A DNA stretch of 61,847 nt, the filler included, from Sluysia triapertura (taxonomy: Eukaryota), in NCBI GenBank assembly GCA_046118255.1. It is 5 parts of 5 records of this genome, joined end to end, with 100 filler letters (N's around TTAATTAATTAA, not from the genome) between each part and the next. Parts side by side here need not be neighbours in the genome. Positions count along the whole stretch, not along the records: positions 1 to 12,766 come from JBJNIA010083477.1; positions 12,867 to 24,586 come from JBJNIA010176696.1; 3 more parts are not named here. The stretch is one strand, 5' to 3'. This document shows, one piece after another, positions 1 through 13,031 of the stretch. The notes below the pieces were generated by a model. It saw only the letters and a program-made list of their open reading frames with translations, had not been told where the DNA came from and ran no database searches. A program made the position numbers and the translations under genes. Each line of letters starts with the position of its first letter. The stretch's first letter is position 1.

Positions 1-73
<73 letters not shown>
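1..73. repeat. (ATA)n microsatellite
   Basis: Perfect trinucleotide run at the window start. Confidence 0.98.
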
Positions 74-74
<1 letters not shown>

Positions 75-1777
75 GGTCGTGATGACTCTCGATCTGACAC
101 TATTATTTTCATGTCAATTATGCATTTTCATAGCAAAATGCGGTTCCACAAACAGTGTTAATACATGAAGTCGGTAGATCCAATTAATTAATGTGCATGT
201 AGACCAAAAATGCTTATACCTTAGAGTCAGTTCTATGGTACCAATTTTAATAATCAAAATTGTTCAGCAAGAAAACTCTTACCTAATTCAGGATGATAAA
301 TTGAAAATTAAACATATTGGTTATAACAATATTTACTGTAACAAGAATACAAATACAAAACTTAATTTATATAATATCATTTGATACAATGTGCAACACG
401 TCAAATTCAATAACATGTATAAAATGATCTCACAATGAGCATTAATTTTATATATACTTGTACAAAATATAATCATTAAAAGACGTGTAAATTTAACTTT
501 ATTAAATTAATTAATTAAGGAAATTAATTAAAGTAAACTATTTTTATGTTGTCTTCGTCGACATATTTCATATAATTTCAGCATTAATAACACTACTACA
601 TTATAGACGCTGCTTTATCATACACAAAGTTATTGAGTCACATTGATTTTCAAATAATTTAAATTAAATTAATTAATAAATGTACTTATATATTATTTTC
701 TTTAAAACGTGTAACTATTCGCTTTAGTCAATGGTGGAACAATTATGAGTACTGTAATTTGTAGAATAATAATAAAGCAAGTATTATTGAAAGAATAAAG
801 TGAAATATCATGGTTATTGTGCTTGCTAATGGGATATATTTGCAAAATGTTTAATCTAGAATGAAAGGTACGAAGTTAGAAAGCTTTAGAAGGTATTATT
901 CTGAAAAATACAAAAGTACATTTATTAATTTAATGAAAATTGTTTGGTTTAATAATTTTATGAAAAATATCTGTACATGAGAAAATAATATAAGAACGAA
1001 AGTATAATTTTGAAATCATTAGTTTTATTCATATTAAGATTATTGTTAATTAACATTTTTATTTTTCCTATTTTTTAAGTTGTATACTAAGTTATACAGA
1101 AAGTGCCTCTATTTTTAATAATTACGATTAAGAATACATTATAAGATAAAATAAAAGTTTAAAAAAATTCAAAGACCTTTTAAATTTAGAGATTTTTTTG
1201 TAACAATAAAATTTATTCACATTTTTCAATAAATTACTCGCTCCGGCAATAATACATCAGTACAGAAAGCCCAACCACAATGTATTAATTTAGTTTTTAC
1301 AGGTGCAATAATGTTTATTTATGCTTACTTGTACTTTTTTCATTATTGTGATATTTCTGTTTAATTCGTTGCTTTATCTTCTCGCTAATTCAGTATGATG
1401 AGTTCTATACCATATTCTTAGTATATATTTTTCTTTTTTAATTCTTTTTAAATACGTTTTTCGGGATTCTGGATTTTGATGCTGTTTCTCTGAAGCTACT
1501 GAAAATAGTAGAGTTTCTTTTATCTTTTAGTTTTAAAAGATTTATTTTAATGATATTTTAAATGATTTTAATATTAAATTGATTAATAAATTTAATCCAT
1601 ATTTCTTTCCAGTTAATATTTATAAAAATATTGACAAATTTTTCATTCGATTATGAGAAGTTCATCTAACTTAACAGTTTCTACTAATTTTGAGCATGTG
1701 TTCACATTAGTTCACTTTTGTGGGATAAGTTTTATTAATTTAATATTAATTTATTATTAATTTTATCATTAATTTAG

Positions 1778-1980
1778 GTTGGAAAGCTATTATTTGCGAA
1801 AGAACTGATTGTTCAAATAAAGCAACCAGAACTGAAGCTAAAAAGATGAGTTTTGAACCGCACATTGCAGCCATTTATGGGAATAAAATGCCACCTTTGT
1901 ATCTTTGTTTAGATTGTTTCGATTGTTTAACTAGAAATAAAATTACAAATTTTCATGATGTCATATTACCAATTAAATCT
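1778..1980 (+). CDS. unc-79: UNC-79 internal exon (NALCN channel complex subunit), Cys-rich N-terminal region
   Basis: tttag|GT TGG ... TCT|gttaga. Translates (G)WKAIICERTDCSNKATRTEAKKMSFEPHIAAIYGNKMPPLYLCLDCFDCLTRNKITNFHDVILPIKS, matching the UNC79 'EAVK...GDKPPPLYLCxxC...DVLLP' segment. No stops; splices in frame to 9801. Confidence 0.9.
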
Positions 1981-2199
1981 GTTAGAATTTTTAAAATATA
2001 AATTAATTATAATTTATTAAATATCGTTAAATATAATATTAATATCAATTTTTTGCTAACCATAAGCATAATATATAATATACAACAGAAATTATTCTTA
2101 GCACATAAAAATAAAAACAATTTTAATCAAATAACAATAACGTGTTTTAAGGATAGCATCATTAACATAATTTTTTTCAACATAATTTGTGGTATTGTT

Positions 2200-2850
2200 T
2201 TATCAAACAATGAATAAGATTATGATTTCTGGTTTCTTCATCCTACTGATTTTACAGCATTATCGATTGTGTTATCAGTTTCTACTGCAACTTCACTACA
2301 CTGTCACATTATCATGCGGGTATATAATGGTTCAGCCTTTTTCTCAACCGGGAACTTCAATTTCCGACTTAGCAAAAATAATGCTTTTCACGTACGTATT
2401 TTTATTCATTGTCATTTTTGTTTTATTGTTTGAGACATCATTACATTGAGCTTGTATATAGGCACTAAAGGTTAATCAGCGAACGTTTACTTTTAAGTTC
2501 TGCACTGCTATTTATTTAGGACGTGCTGGAAAAACACAACTTGAAATTGATTTACTGTGTTTTCATATAGCGAATTTGCTTGGTCAATATTCAGTTGTGA
2601 ACATAAAGATTGTAATGAATATGATCTATTTCTATTCTCTGGCATACACTCGACCTACTAAAACTAGTTTCATGAATTTTAATAGGTTTAGTATATACTT
2701 TATTTCATGCGTAACGATTTTTATTACTATATTAATGTCTTCTTTGTTTCAATCTCTTTTATATATTTTATTTCATTTAAATTTAAAATGTCATTCATTG
2801 CTATTTATAGCAATCTTTAACCCGTGTTGATTTTAACTGGCCTCATTCTA
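2200..2850 (+). mobile_element. Degenerate Penelope-like retroelement, GIY-YIG endonuclease remnant
   Basis: Frameshifted 'IFSCEHKDC' ... 'YTRPTKTSF' ... 'SLLFIAIFNPC' resembles the Penelope GIY-YIG layout (VY.F.C..C, YIG.T.R.L..R, ESLFI...P.LN). Confidence 0.4.
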
Positions 2851-3469
2851 GGACTCTAAGCAACTCTCTTGTTAGTCTTATTTTATACTCTTTATTACGA
2901 CTACAAATGAGAATTTCGTTTAAATCAGCGACATCATTGTCAATTGTTTCTAACTTTCTGGAAAGACTAAAGTCAAGACAAGAACTGAAAAATATAATTT
3001 TGAAACTTTTGAGGTTAGACGATAGAAACCAAGTTTAAAAATGAAATGAGGCACATTAACCGTTATCAGAATGTACAAATATGTGCACAGGTTGTATTGA
3101 AGTTCAACGAAGTGCATAAATGGGTATTTTAACCAGATTGTAATGGTTTAATTGAATTTGTTTTATTATGTAATATTAATAAAATTATATTATCATTTAT
3201 TAACAAATATTTACTCATGTTATCAAAAATTGTTATTAAGATACTACGTTTTAAAAAAAGGTGATCTTTCATTAAAATTTTATAATATGCAGTGAAAAAT
3301 ATATAGATTCTACTAAATAGATAAAAGAATAAGGTTAATTTTAAATCAATTAAGTGTCTTTCTATCGGATTGGAAAATTGTATAATCGTATAAAAATTGC
3401 GTTGTTTCATATAAACATGTGCTGGAGAATTGTTTGAACTTGACTGTGGTTTGACTATACGATTTAGGT

Positions 3470-4604
3470 GTTGAGTAACATAATACTTTTCAATTTCAGG
3501 AAATATGAAAGTAGGAATAGAACTTGCTTTAACAACTCGTACAGTTTGACCAACTCTATGATGATATGCGTCAACATTTTCTGGAACATTGAGATTGACA
3601 ACCAAAATAATATCTTCTAATCATTAATTAGTAAACTCATTATCAAACATAGCACGTGCATCACTTGATTTGAAAAGGTTCATGTTTTCTTGTTTTTGCC
3701 GGAGCATTTGTGGATTCGAGCATGTTGTCGAAATGTCTTTAATATTCATTTTATTTATAATAGATTCATTTATAATACCATGTATCAAGACTATCTTTAA
3801 CAAAGACTAAAACTTTAAATAGATATGTTTTATCAATATAATGCATTAATGTTTCGCATATTATTTTAAAAGCATCTTTTTCTTCAGTATCATTTGAAAT
3901 AGCTCAAACATAATGTTTCAACTTCGTTGGAAAATTATTTTCTGATGTGACATCAACAAATTGTGGATCATAAGACAAAATTCTATATTTCTTTTCAACT
4001 TCACCATAACATGTTGCTGGATAAATTTGTATTTGTCTGAAAATCTTTATTTTTCTTTCTTTTATTGTTTGATTTTGGTGATATAATTCGTAAAACTTTT
4101 ACAATTTCTTCACCTAATTGATAACTGATCATTTTATCTGCCCGTCAATTACAAAATGTTGAATAGAATAAAAAATTTCTTGAATTTGATTAGTATGATC
4201 AAGTATCATTAAAATTCGACCAGGAGTTGCTACTAAAATGTGAACATCAGAAATACTAAGTTCTGTTAATTGATCAATCATGTCTTAATCTCCAGCCAAA
4301 CGCATTCTTTCAGATTTAATCCTTCATACATTTTTATTAATTCACCACACTCTTGTATTACTAATTCGACTGTGGGAATCAAAATCATTACATACATTAA
4401 TGGTTGATCATTAACTAAACATTGTCGCATAACTGGAATACAGTAGGAAGCAGTTTTTCCATTGCCGGTTTCAGATAAACCAATAATATCTTTATGTTTC
4501 AGTAATAATGGTATAGCATGTTGTTGAATTTGAGCCGGCTTTGACCATTTTAATTTCGAAATATTATCTAAGATTTCAGATATTATCATTTCAGCTGTTA
4601 TCAT
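3470..4604 (-). pseudogene. Intronless DEAD-box RNA helicase pseudogene, antisense inside the unc-79 intron
   Basis: Q motif (KPAQIQQHAIP), motif I (SETGNGKT), Ia (IPTVEL), Ib (ATPGRI), motif II broken by a 1-nt loss (ID-x-ADKM), III (YPAT), VI (YHHRVGQTVR). Several frameshifts/stops and no evident introns. Confidence 0.88.
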
Positions 4605-5199
4605 TATTGAAATAGTATATTATACTTTTATCAGTCTTATAAATTTTTTGACTGTGGCAATCTTCAATTTGTTGTTAATCTTTTTATTGTTTATGAAAAC
4701 TTTAATATTGTTTTTAATTTTTAACTCATTCATTAAATTTTTACTATGGTTAAAAATTAATGGTAACGATTTTCTGCTGTTGATATTGATTGGACATCCA
4801 ATCCATTTAGATCAAAACAATACTGTAAAATTATATTTGATTGGACGTCCAATCAGTTATTATGTCTCATAAATTAAAAATCACTACGCACCATGTCTCG
4901 CGTGCATGCCTGTCATCATGTGGTCTGAATAGTTGATAATTAAGAATTGTAAAAATAGTGACAGGCACTTAAACTTTTTAAATAGTAATCTGCTAAATTT
5001 GACAGAAATGTATTGAATGTATTGGTAACTACCATATTTGACGAAAATAAATTGAATTTGTTTGTAGTTACCATGATAATAGTGATGATGAAAAATTAAA
5101 AATGATGCTAGCATAAAAATAATAATCATAATAATATAAAAATTACAAAAGTGCAGAATAAAATTACATAAATACACGAACTGTCTCGACATAAATATA

Positions 5200-5773
5200 A
5201 TTGAAATTATCTTTTAAAATTAAGCGAAAAATTCAATGGTGAAGTTTTCGATGGTATACAAGATTGAATGTTGAAAGATTGTAAGCTTGAAATGTTTTGG
5301 ATTTAATTTGAAGGTGTCTATTTGTGATTTAGGATGTGATTGTGATTTTAGTGTTACGAGATCATGAATAAATGTTTTAAACGAGTTTTTAGAAATAATT
5401 GATAATTTTGAGTGTAATTAAGATTTGGGTGTTGATATATTATTAATTTAAATGTTTTGAGGTATGAAAAATGGTTTTAGTGCATCTGAAGAAATAAAAT
5501 ATAAAAAAAGGTATTAATGGAAAATAGTTAGAATGTTATGGAATATAATTTAAGTTTGAATTAAGTTTGAATGTTGAATTACGTTTGCAATGTTTTGAAT
5601 TAATTTTTAATGTAATTATTTGATGATTTTCGGTATTAAATGTGAATTTGATGTTATGTAATTTTATATTTGTAATGTTTTAAAATAATATGAATTATGA
5701 AATGTTGTGAAAGGTGATTTTGTTGTGAATTTTTTTTGAAACAAAACTCTAAGATATTGGGTTGGTCACCACA
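5200..5773 (-). repeat. Solo-LTR-like, strand-skewed repeat (starts TGTGGTGACCAACC on minus strand)
   Basis: G/T-rich plus strand ending ggttggtcaccaca. Related termini at 12419, 25398, 26303 and 49792. The distal boundary is approximate. Confidence 0.5.
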
Positions 5774-6395
5774 CAGACAACTTATGAATCTGTTAAGGTT
5801 TTTTTTTAAAGTGCTTAACCTACAATCATAAAAGAGTAAAGTTTAAATTAGTAAGTTCATCTGCGATCTTAAGGGCTTGTCCTCAGAATTTAGAAACAGC
5901 AGTAATATGAAAAAGATTTGGAGGTCGGTATCTGTATGAGGATCTGCTTATAAGGTGGTACTGGAAAATTTGTAAAATCTAGTAATGTAAATAGACATTA
6001 GTAATGGATTTAGTTTGACTTTAGGAACTCGTTCAATGATTATTCTCGTCTTAACGAGAATTTGTTTTGAATTGATTTTGTATCCTTTATTAAAACTGGA
6101 TTATAAAAGTGAACATTTTATGTGCCCTCTTAAATTGGTTCCACAAACAAACAATGATAAATTTTAATAAATTAAATATCTCCAGATTTTGTATTCTCTA
6201 TTAAAGGAGGATTGAAAATGGGCACAAATAAGTTTTGGGTGGTTATTATAAGTGCAGAAAAAAATGCTTTACATTATTATGACAGAATTTTTGATATAAT
6301 TTTATTGGAATTAATATAAATTTTGTTAATAATAAAGGATATCACCAATTAGTATCACTAAAAATTTTTGATATTTGGTTATACTACTTGGGTAG

Positions 6396-7965
6396 TAGGG
6401 TGGGTCGAAAATTATTATTACGGAACTCCGTATTTATTTGACAAATTACCTCTGAAATAAGAAACAAAATTTTAAATTGCTTTTGTATTACAACAAGTGT
6501 TTTGTATTACAACAAGCAATTTTTGAATCTGAAAAATTGCATTAACCAGCATTTTCAGCTTGGTGCATTCTATTATTACTTTATTAATTTTAAGATTTAG
6601 TATGCATATTTTGCTTCTAATTTGTATGCCTGTTATTTATTTAGAACTACAAGAAGCGTAATACGGCACTCTGTATTTGGCGATGCCAGTGAACTTCCTC
6701 CAATGTACTGCCAACAAATTTTCAAGTTGTACAGCTGTTATCAGTCTGTGGAACAAAGCTTCCATTTCAACGATACATTACCGATCTGTAATCAAACGTG
6801 TGGAAGCAATGATTTCAACAGGTTCAGAACTGTCTTGTTCTAAATAAAGTTCAACACATCAGTCTACCTTTCAAGCCACTTTGAACTCATTGTTTGATAT
6901 AGCTGCATGTAAGTGCAGTTTGTCTTATGACAATTATACAAAACAAGTATGCGTATCTTGTCATTGTCCTAGAAATCTGAAAGTTCCACCAGATGAACTG
7001 TTGTTTTTATATGATCAAAGAAACTCTCGCAAAATCTTTATTGCAAAAATAGACTTCTAAGCAACAACCATATTGCAGAAGCGTTTACAATGGAAAACTA
7101 AAGAATAAACTTCTATATAAAATGTCAAGAAAATTTTCAGATGCTTAGTGAAGAACAATCTAATAACAGTTGTGCAAATGATCAAAGTGTTGAAGAGGAC
7201 AGCGATGAGGAAGTACTTCATGATAGTGATGATAAATCCGGTAGTAGTGATGATGCAGATGAAAGTCAAAATTCCAATACCCCTTCTAAATTTTGTAAAA
7301 GAAGCAGACAGTTATGGTATATCAGACAGAGCTGCAGCAGTTGATATTATAATCAAGCGAAAACTCCACGCATCTACAGCTGAAATACATCTGTTTAAAG
7401 TTCCACCGATTAACTATGATTCGACAAACTACGTTGATCTGATTAACTGTGACGATATCACTCACGATGAAGCTGACAGATGATGGTATTGCTAAATTCA
7501 GCAATGAGCCACTCACTTTGAATTACAAGAACCACACTCAAGTTGTGGAACGTTGCATAAAACTGGTTACAGATGCCTCAAAAGCTGTTTATGGTTTTGA
7601 GGCCAGGGATGGGTTTATTCGTGCAAGAGTAAATTCTCGCAATTCAATGCCTCGTCTTGATTCAAAACAAGATTACTGTGATAACTTTTTGCAGTAGCTA
7701 TTTGTTGGAAAAGGACATACCTATATTCTGTGAGTAATTATCATTGCTTGACTGTTTATATTTGCAAACAATATTGATTTAGGCGTGTCTCATTATTTAT
7801 AAGTCTGCTGTGGTTGTCAATACCATTAAAGCGAGTATTTTCTAAATTAAAAATGGGGCACTTATAAGTGTCCAGAAATAATTTCTTTGTGATTTTCTTT
7901 CATTTCACATGCAAACGCAAAGTTTTCCTGAGTTCCCTGACAAAGTTTTATTTTCACCCATCCTA
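6396..7965 (+). mobile_element. Internally deleted hAT-superfamily (hATm-like) DNA transposon, 1570 bp
   Basis: TIRs TAGGGTGGGTCGAAAAT / rc TAGGATGGGT-GAAAAT. 8-bp TSD TTGGGTAG / TTGGGCAG. Transposase remnants include 'LFDIAACKC' and the C-terminal 'HTQVVERCIKLVTDASKAVYGFEARDGFIRARVNSR..MP'. The hATm subfamily label is from memory. Confidence 0.8.
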
Positions 7966-8040
7966 TTGGGCAGTGATGTTATTTAATGTTTTAACTTTTT
8001 CAAATCTTAAATATAAAACAAAAACTGTAACCATAAAATT

Positions 8041-9187
8041 TTATTCGACATCCTGATCATACTCATTTTCATCAAAAATAGACTTACTGAGTTGTCCCTC
8101 TTGGTTTGAAGTAGACAGTGCTTCACGAAATCTAACATATATGTAATGCCCATCTTCATAGTTTGAACCTAATCCAGATGATATTGAGTTTTGTAAAGTT
8201 TCAGTCTTTATCTCATTCCAAGACCCGCCAACCAACAAATTAACCAAAGACTATGCTGATGGTCTTGGTTGCATTTTTGGTATTTTCAACAGATTCAGAA
8301 TTTTCCCATTAATTAATTCGCGAAAAATGAGCGTAAGATTCCTATATCTCCTGCTTGAAGATATGGTTTTAACACAGCTGGTTTAACGATCATCTCTATC
8401 TTTCGCCTACTACAGTGATCTTTAACTTGTCATATGTGTACTCGACATGAATTCCAAGAAATACAGATATCATTGCTAACATCAATCAAAGAAAACAGTC
8501 GATCCTCTTTATAATTAATTCTGGACCCAAGATTTTAACTGAGTCATGTAACACACTAAATGATACCTCTATCCTTGCCTTTGTATTATTCATGGCATTG
8601 CCTTTCTGCCTTTTGTCCAAACAGAATTAAATCCAGTTGATTTCATGATGACATGATGTGACAGTATTTGTTTTGTCATCCTCAGAAAAACTGCTGTTTC
8701 GTCCATGATCAAAGTTTTTTGAATATCTAAATGCACAATACGCGATTTCAAATATTTAATGTAACTAATAGCACCTACAGTCAATTCAGTGTCTGATAAA
8801 TTAGTCAGATTGGTGGTGCGCCTAATACTGAACCCGTTTCTTTTCATGAATCCAGTAATCCATTTTCCAGTAGCTTTTATCTCAATATTTAATTCTTTTC
8901 ATAAGACAATTGCACTGTCCTGAATATATCCTGAATATGTAACTTTCATTTTCCGTATTCTGAGATGTTCCATTGATCTCAAGCTGGTTTTCTTCCCTGC
9001 ACCAGCTGCTATTTTCAATGATGGAGTATGTTTCCTTGTTCCTAAACCACTGCAGAAATACCTATTGATCGTATATTTCTTCACTTTTGGCTTAAAAATG
9101 TTGCTTTACAGTATAACATGTCTTGCCTTGCAACATAAACTTGATAACTACTTTTTTGAAAGCAATTGTAAATGTTCGCTTAACCAT
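8041..9187 (-). mobile_element. Decayed pogo/Tigger-type transposase (HTH + DDE_1)
   Basis: 'MVKRTFTIAFKKVVIKF' N-terminus, 'KATGKWITGFMKRNGFSIRRTTNL' CENP-B-type HTH, 'LIMDETAVF' first catalytic Asp. Many frameshifts. Confidence 0.8.
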
Positions 9188-9800
9188 TTAAAAGTTTTGA
9201 AATCGATCATTTATTAATTTTCAGTTAAACAAACGAGAAAAAATATCATTTATTTAATTAATTCTTTGAGTATTGATACTATTTAAATAATATCACCAAC
9301 ATCCTGCCACGTTTAGTTATTTTATTTAGGCTAGTTTAGCGATATCCGTTAGATAATACAGATTTCACCGGAAGTAATAATAATTTTAAACTGATATTTT
9401 TGAAAGATATATAAAAGTATCTGTTGAAAAAATTCTTAATAGTTTGATAGAAACTCAGGTAATTTTAATATTCGAGAAAAATGAGTAAAATTGAATTCGG
9501 ATGTGAATGATTTATTTCACTAATTCGATTAGGAATGAGCAGATCTTTGACTTTTTGTTTATTATAATGTTTTTATTGATAACTTGATAACATTATATAT
9601 GAATAGAATATATTATCAAGATCCAGACAATTATTTTTATTTTTTGATATCACAATAACTGTTTCGCAATTTATTTAATTAAACTTTTGACAAAATTCTA
9701 CCTAACCTGCTAATTCTTTTTTATTTCTAATAAAGTTTTATTTTAATATTATCCATATACGTAGAAGTAAAGTGTTTACAAAGCCATATTTTATTTTTAG

Positions 9801-9971
9801 GTTAAAAATGTTTGTGAATCTAAAACTTGTCGCAGTAAAAATAATAGTGCTTTTGTTACTTGTTATCATCCAGAATGTATTTCATTAAATGGCAATAAAC
9901 CAATTAGATTTTGTGAAGGATGTCATATTCAAAAACATCTTGGTGCTCAATCAAAAAAACATATTTATCAA
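9801..9971 (+). CDS. unc-79: UNC-79 next exon (second Cys/His cluster)
   Basis: ttttag|GTT...CAA|gttatt, 171 nt. Encodes VKNVCESKTCRSKNNSAFVTCYHPECISLNGNKPIRFCEGCHIQKHLGAQSKKHIYQ, matching UNC79 'C..KNC....AVVTCFS..C...GNRPVRYC..CH....HLYQ'. Phase 0 is compatible with the previous exon. Confidence 0.9.
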
Positions 9972-11329
9972 GTTATTTTTTTTGTATTTAAATTTTAATA
10001 GAAATTAACCTTTTCAAATTCTTGTTTAACTTAAAGTAGAAAATATTTTTTTAAATTGGATTACGTCAAGGGATGTTTTCCATTGACATTATTATATCTA
10101 AAGAATCATTAGCGATTATATTAGTGATTATATTAAGTATTATTTATTGTAATTCCATATTTTATTTTGATTAATAAGCATTGATGTTACACGAATTTCT
10201 GTAAATATGACACATTTTCTGAAGTTTGTTGACTGCTTAATTAGTTTATATGAAAACTGGACAGTAATTATAGTCTTGAATGTACGATTTTTAAACTTAA
10301 AGAAAAAGAAAACGCGTGACTCTCTTTGGTTTACATAATTTAAAGCAAATCAAAAATGATAGAAAATTTCAGAATTTAAGAAAAAGTTACTTTCATTTCA
10401 AAAAATAATTTACGATTTTATAAATTTGAAAATAAATTATTCTTAATTTTGGTTATTTCATTCGCTTAAATATGTTGAAATAGAATAATCTTGAAAAGTA
10501 GGCAATGATGATGAAGTAATTTTTAGTATGAACTGCCAAATATTTAGTCGAAGTTAAAATTACATTACGGTTTTCGATTTACTTGTTTAGACACTCTAAG
10601 GATTATTCACTTCAAATTTTATTGATATCTTTATACTCGTTCTTTCAGTTCTTTTAGTTTCATTGTCTTATAACACAAATAACATGTTACTTACCGATAT
10701 TCAATTTTATTATAATTTTTAAAATTAAACCGATTCTTTTGTATTGTAACCACTACGACCATATTTAATTTCCTAGTAATCTTTCATAACCTTTCTACAA
10801 ATTAAACATTTACATTCTTTATTTATAATTAGCAAAAATTCAAACTTTACACAATAAATCTACAAAATCCATTTATTAGGTCATTATAGTCGTTCGACTA
10901 ATTACAGAATGTTTATAAATATTCGTATATCGAAAAGCTACAGTTACATTGTCATTTTCAATTATTAAACACATATATCACACCTTTATCCAAATTTGAA
11001 ATTATCGAAGAATTTTTTTCTAAAACCAAATCTCAATTATATTCAATCACGTTTGTTTTTGGAGTGGTATTGGTTTTTAGATGTTTATATGATATTAATT
11101 GATAATGAATCATTTTGTTTGATTTTAGTATGGTTATTACATTATTATTTAACGGAAACAATTTAAAATTTATATAATAAAATTTATACTTTAGATTTAC
11201 AAATAGTTTCAAATCAGTAAAATTATAAACATTTGAAATCATGAATAAAAAATGAACAAAGTAAACATAAATTTATTTCTTTTATCCTAAGATATAAGAT
11301 TATATCAAGTTTAATTTTGATGAATGACT

Positions 11330-12300
11330 CCTGATGTTAAGTGGTGTATTCGCATTCTGGACAGCTGTACACTTCTCTGATTGTAGGTTCCTGAAATAAA
11401 AGGGATTAAGATTAAATAATGTTCTAAAATAAAAGACTAAAATATGAACAAGGGCAGTAGTGTAAGCAATGATTTAAGTATTTCCAGGAACATTTTTATG
11501 ATTCACATTATCTATTGACTTGCTTTGGCTTGTGGTGAAATGAATATCACTTATGAGATTGTTAAGGCGTTATAAGTGGTTATGGAGGACATTTGGATTG
11601 GTACTAATATTATTAATTTGACTAATGGTATGATAAAATTAACATGATGGTCCGAATTTGCTACATTGACCTAGTCTGTTGGATTGAAATGGACATTGTG
11701 CTGTTCTAAATAGACTCCCATTTTGTGGTTTTGAAACGACATAGGCTAAGGTGAGATGATTGAAGTAGCGAAATTGTTTGTAACATAAGGTTCTATTGAA
11801 TAATCTGCCGCGATTTTACTATGACATGTTTCGATGTTATACTAGCTTTACACTAGCTTTCTTACTTTTATCTTTCGTAAAAGCATATTTATATTCATGG
11901 AATTCATTGAGGCAATGAGGAATATTTCGTAAGTAAGATGTAGCATAAAATTTAATCACCAAGTCAGAGTCAATTACTAAACTATTAGTTTCGTTTTAAC
12001 TTTATATATAACACAATCATGATATTACGATACTTCATGAAGGATTTTGTATTGGTATTAATTTCTTGTATAAAGTCATTCAAAGACTGGAGAAATCTCC
12101 AAAGGTTTTGAGTAGGTAAGACGTTTTTAAACAAAATTTTATGTAAAATTTTGACGAAAATACCTTGACACAATAATTTATGAAGTCTGATGGTAATTCA
12201 TCATTTCGTCCGGTATACCGATTGAAATTGATTATATCATTTAGTGACATAATTGATTATGACTGTTGATCTCAAAGTATTTTCAGTATTGAAGACGAAC
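11330..12300 (-). mobile_element. Possible LINE apurinic-endonuclease remnant
   Basis: Degraded minus-strand coding-like text with 'VANSDHH' (SDH motif) near 11650. Otherwise heavily decayed. Confidence 0.3.
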
Positions 12301-12695
12301 CTGAAAAACTAATAAATGAATTATTTGCATTTAGTTTTATTTGAGTTAGAATTTTGCATTTATATTATAAATGAAATGATTATTTTGAATTTTTTAAGTT
12401 AAAAAGGTTGGCCACCACATACGTAACCTTTACATATGTAACATTTTTGTATTGAATTTATTAAATATTTCTGCATTCTATCGTACATTTTTCAAATCTT
12501 CGTTTATTACTTTCCACAGTATATTACGAGCAATTTCAATAAAATATTGATAATTTTTTCATATTTTTACAATTAATTCTTGTGTAATCTTATCTGTAAA
12601 CTTTAAAACCCCAGTTGGAATTATGTTATCAATAAAATTTCCCTTCCATTTGTATTATTCCTTATGTTTTATTTTTTCATTGATATACTATAGTC

Positions 12696-12766
12696 CAGCG
12701 ATGGCGAACCTTTCTGAGAAGTGGGTCAAATTTTGTTTACTAATTTTTAGACTAGCTCGTGGGTCA
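12696..12766 (+). mobile_element. hAT (Charlie/Buster-like) left terminus, cut by the assembly spacer
   Basis: CAGCGATGGCGAACCTTT resembles the CAG.G.TGGC.AAC hAT TIR. Confidence 0.55.
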
Positions 12767-12866
12767 NNNNNNNNNNNNNNNNNNNNNNNNNNNNNNNNNN
12801 NNNNNNNNNNTTAATTAATTAANNNNNNNNNNNNNNNNNNNNNNNNNNNNNNNNNNNNNNNNNNNN
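12767..12866. other. Artificial 100-bp contig spacer (44N + TTAATTAATTAA + 44N)
   Basis: Identical structure occurs four times; the 12-mer gives stop codons in all six frames. Confidence 0.97.
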
Positions 12867-12989
12867 CAAGGAATAAAATATTATACATTTTTTTATATTT
12901 ATAAATTGTACTTATGTTAAAAATAAAAAAATATTACGATATTTTTTTTGTTCTGTATGAAAATTTTTGTTGATACTTTCCCCTCATTC

Positions 12990-13031
12990 AGAGTTGTCCC
13001 GCTTTGCCCATCTAAAAATCTGGTCACCATA
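12990..13031 (-). mobile_element. hAT Tip100-like terminus fragment
   Basis: rc TATGGTGACCAGATTTTTAGATGGGCAAAGCGGGACAAC resembles TAGGGTGACCAGA...CGGGACA termini. Confidence 0.45.

Noticed and set aside
2905-2945. Possible hammerhead ribozyme downstream of the Penelope-like remnant
   Set aside because: No intact CTGATGA...GAAA core with supporting stems on either strand.
4648-5192. Short hydrophobic ORFs (I/F/L/N/K-rich) here and across the window
   Set aside because: Expected by chance from AT-rich composition; no motifs or splice support.
12811-12822. Palindromic TTAATTAATTAA recurring four times
   Set aside because: Always centred in exactly 44N+44N. It is an assembly linker with stops in all frames, not biology.
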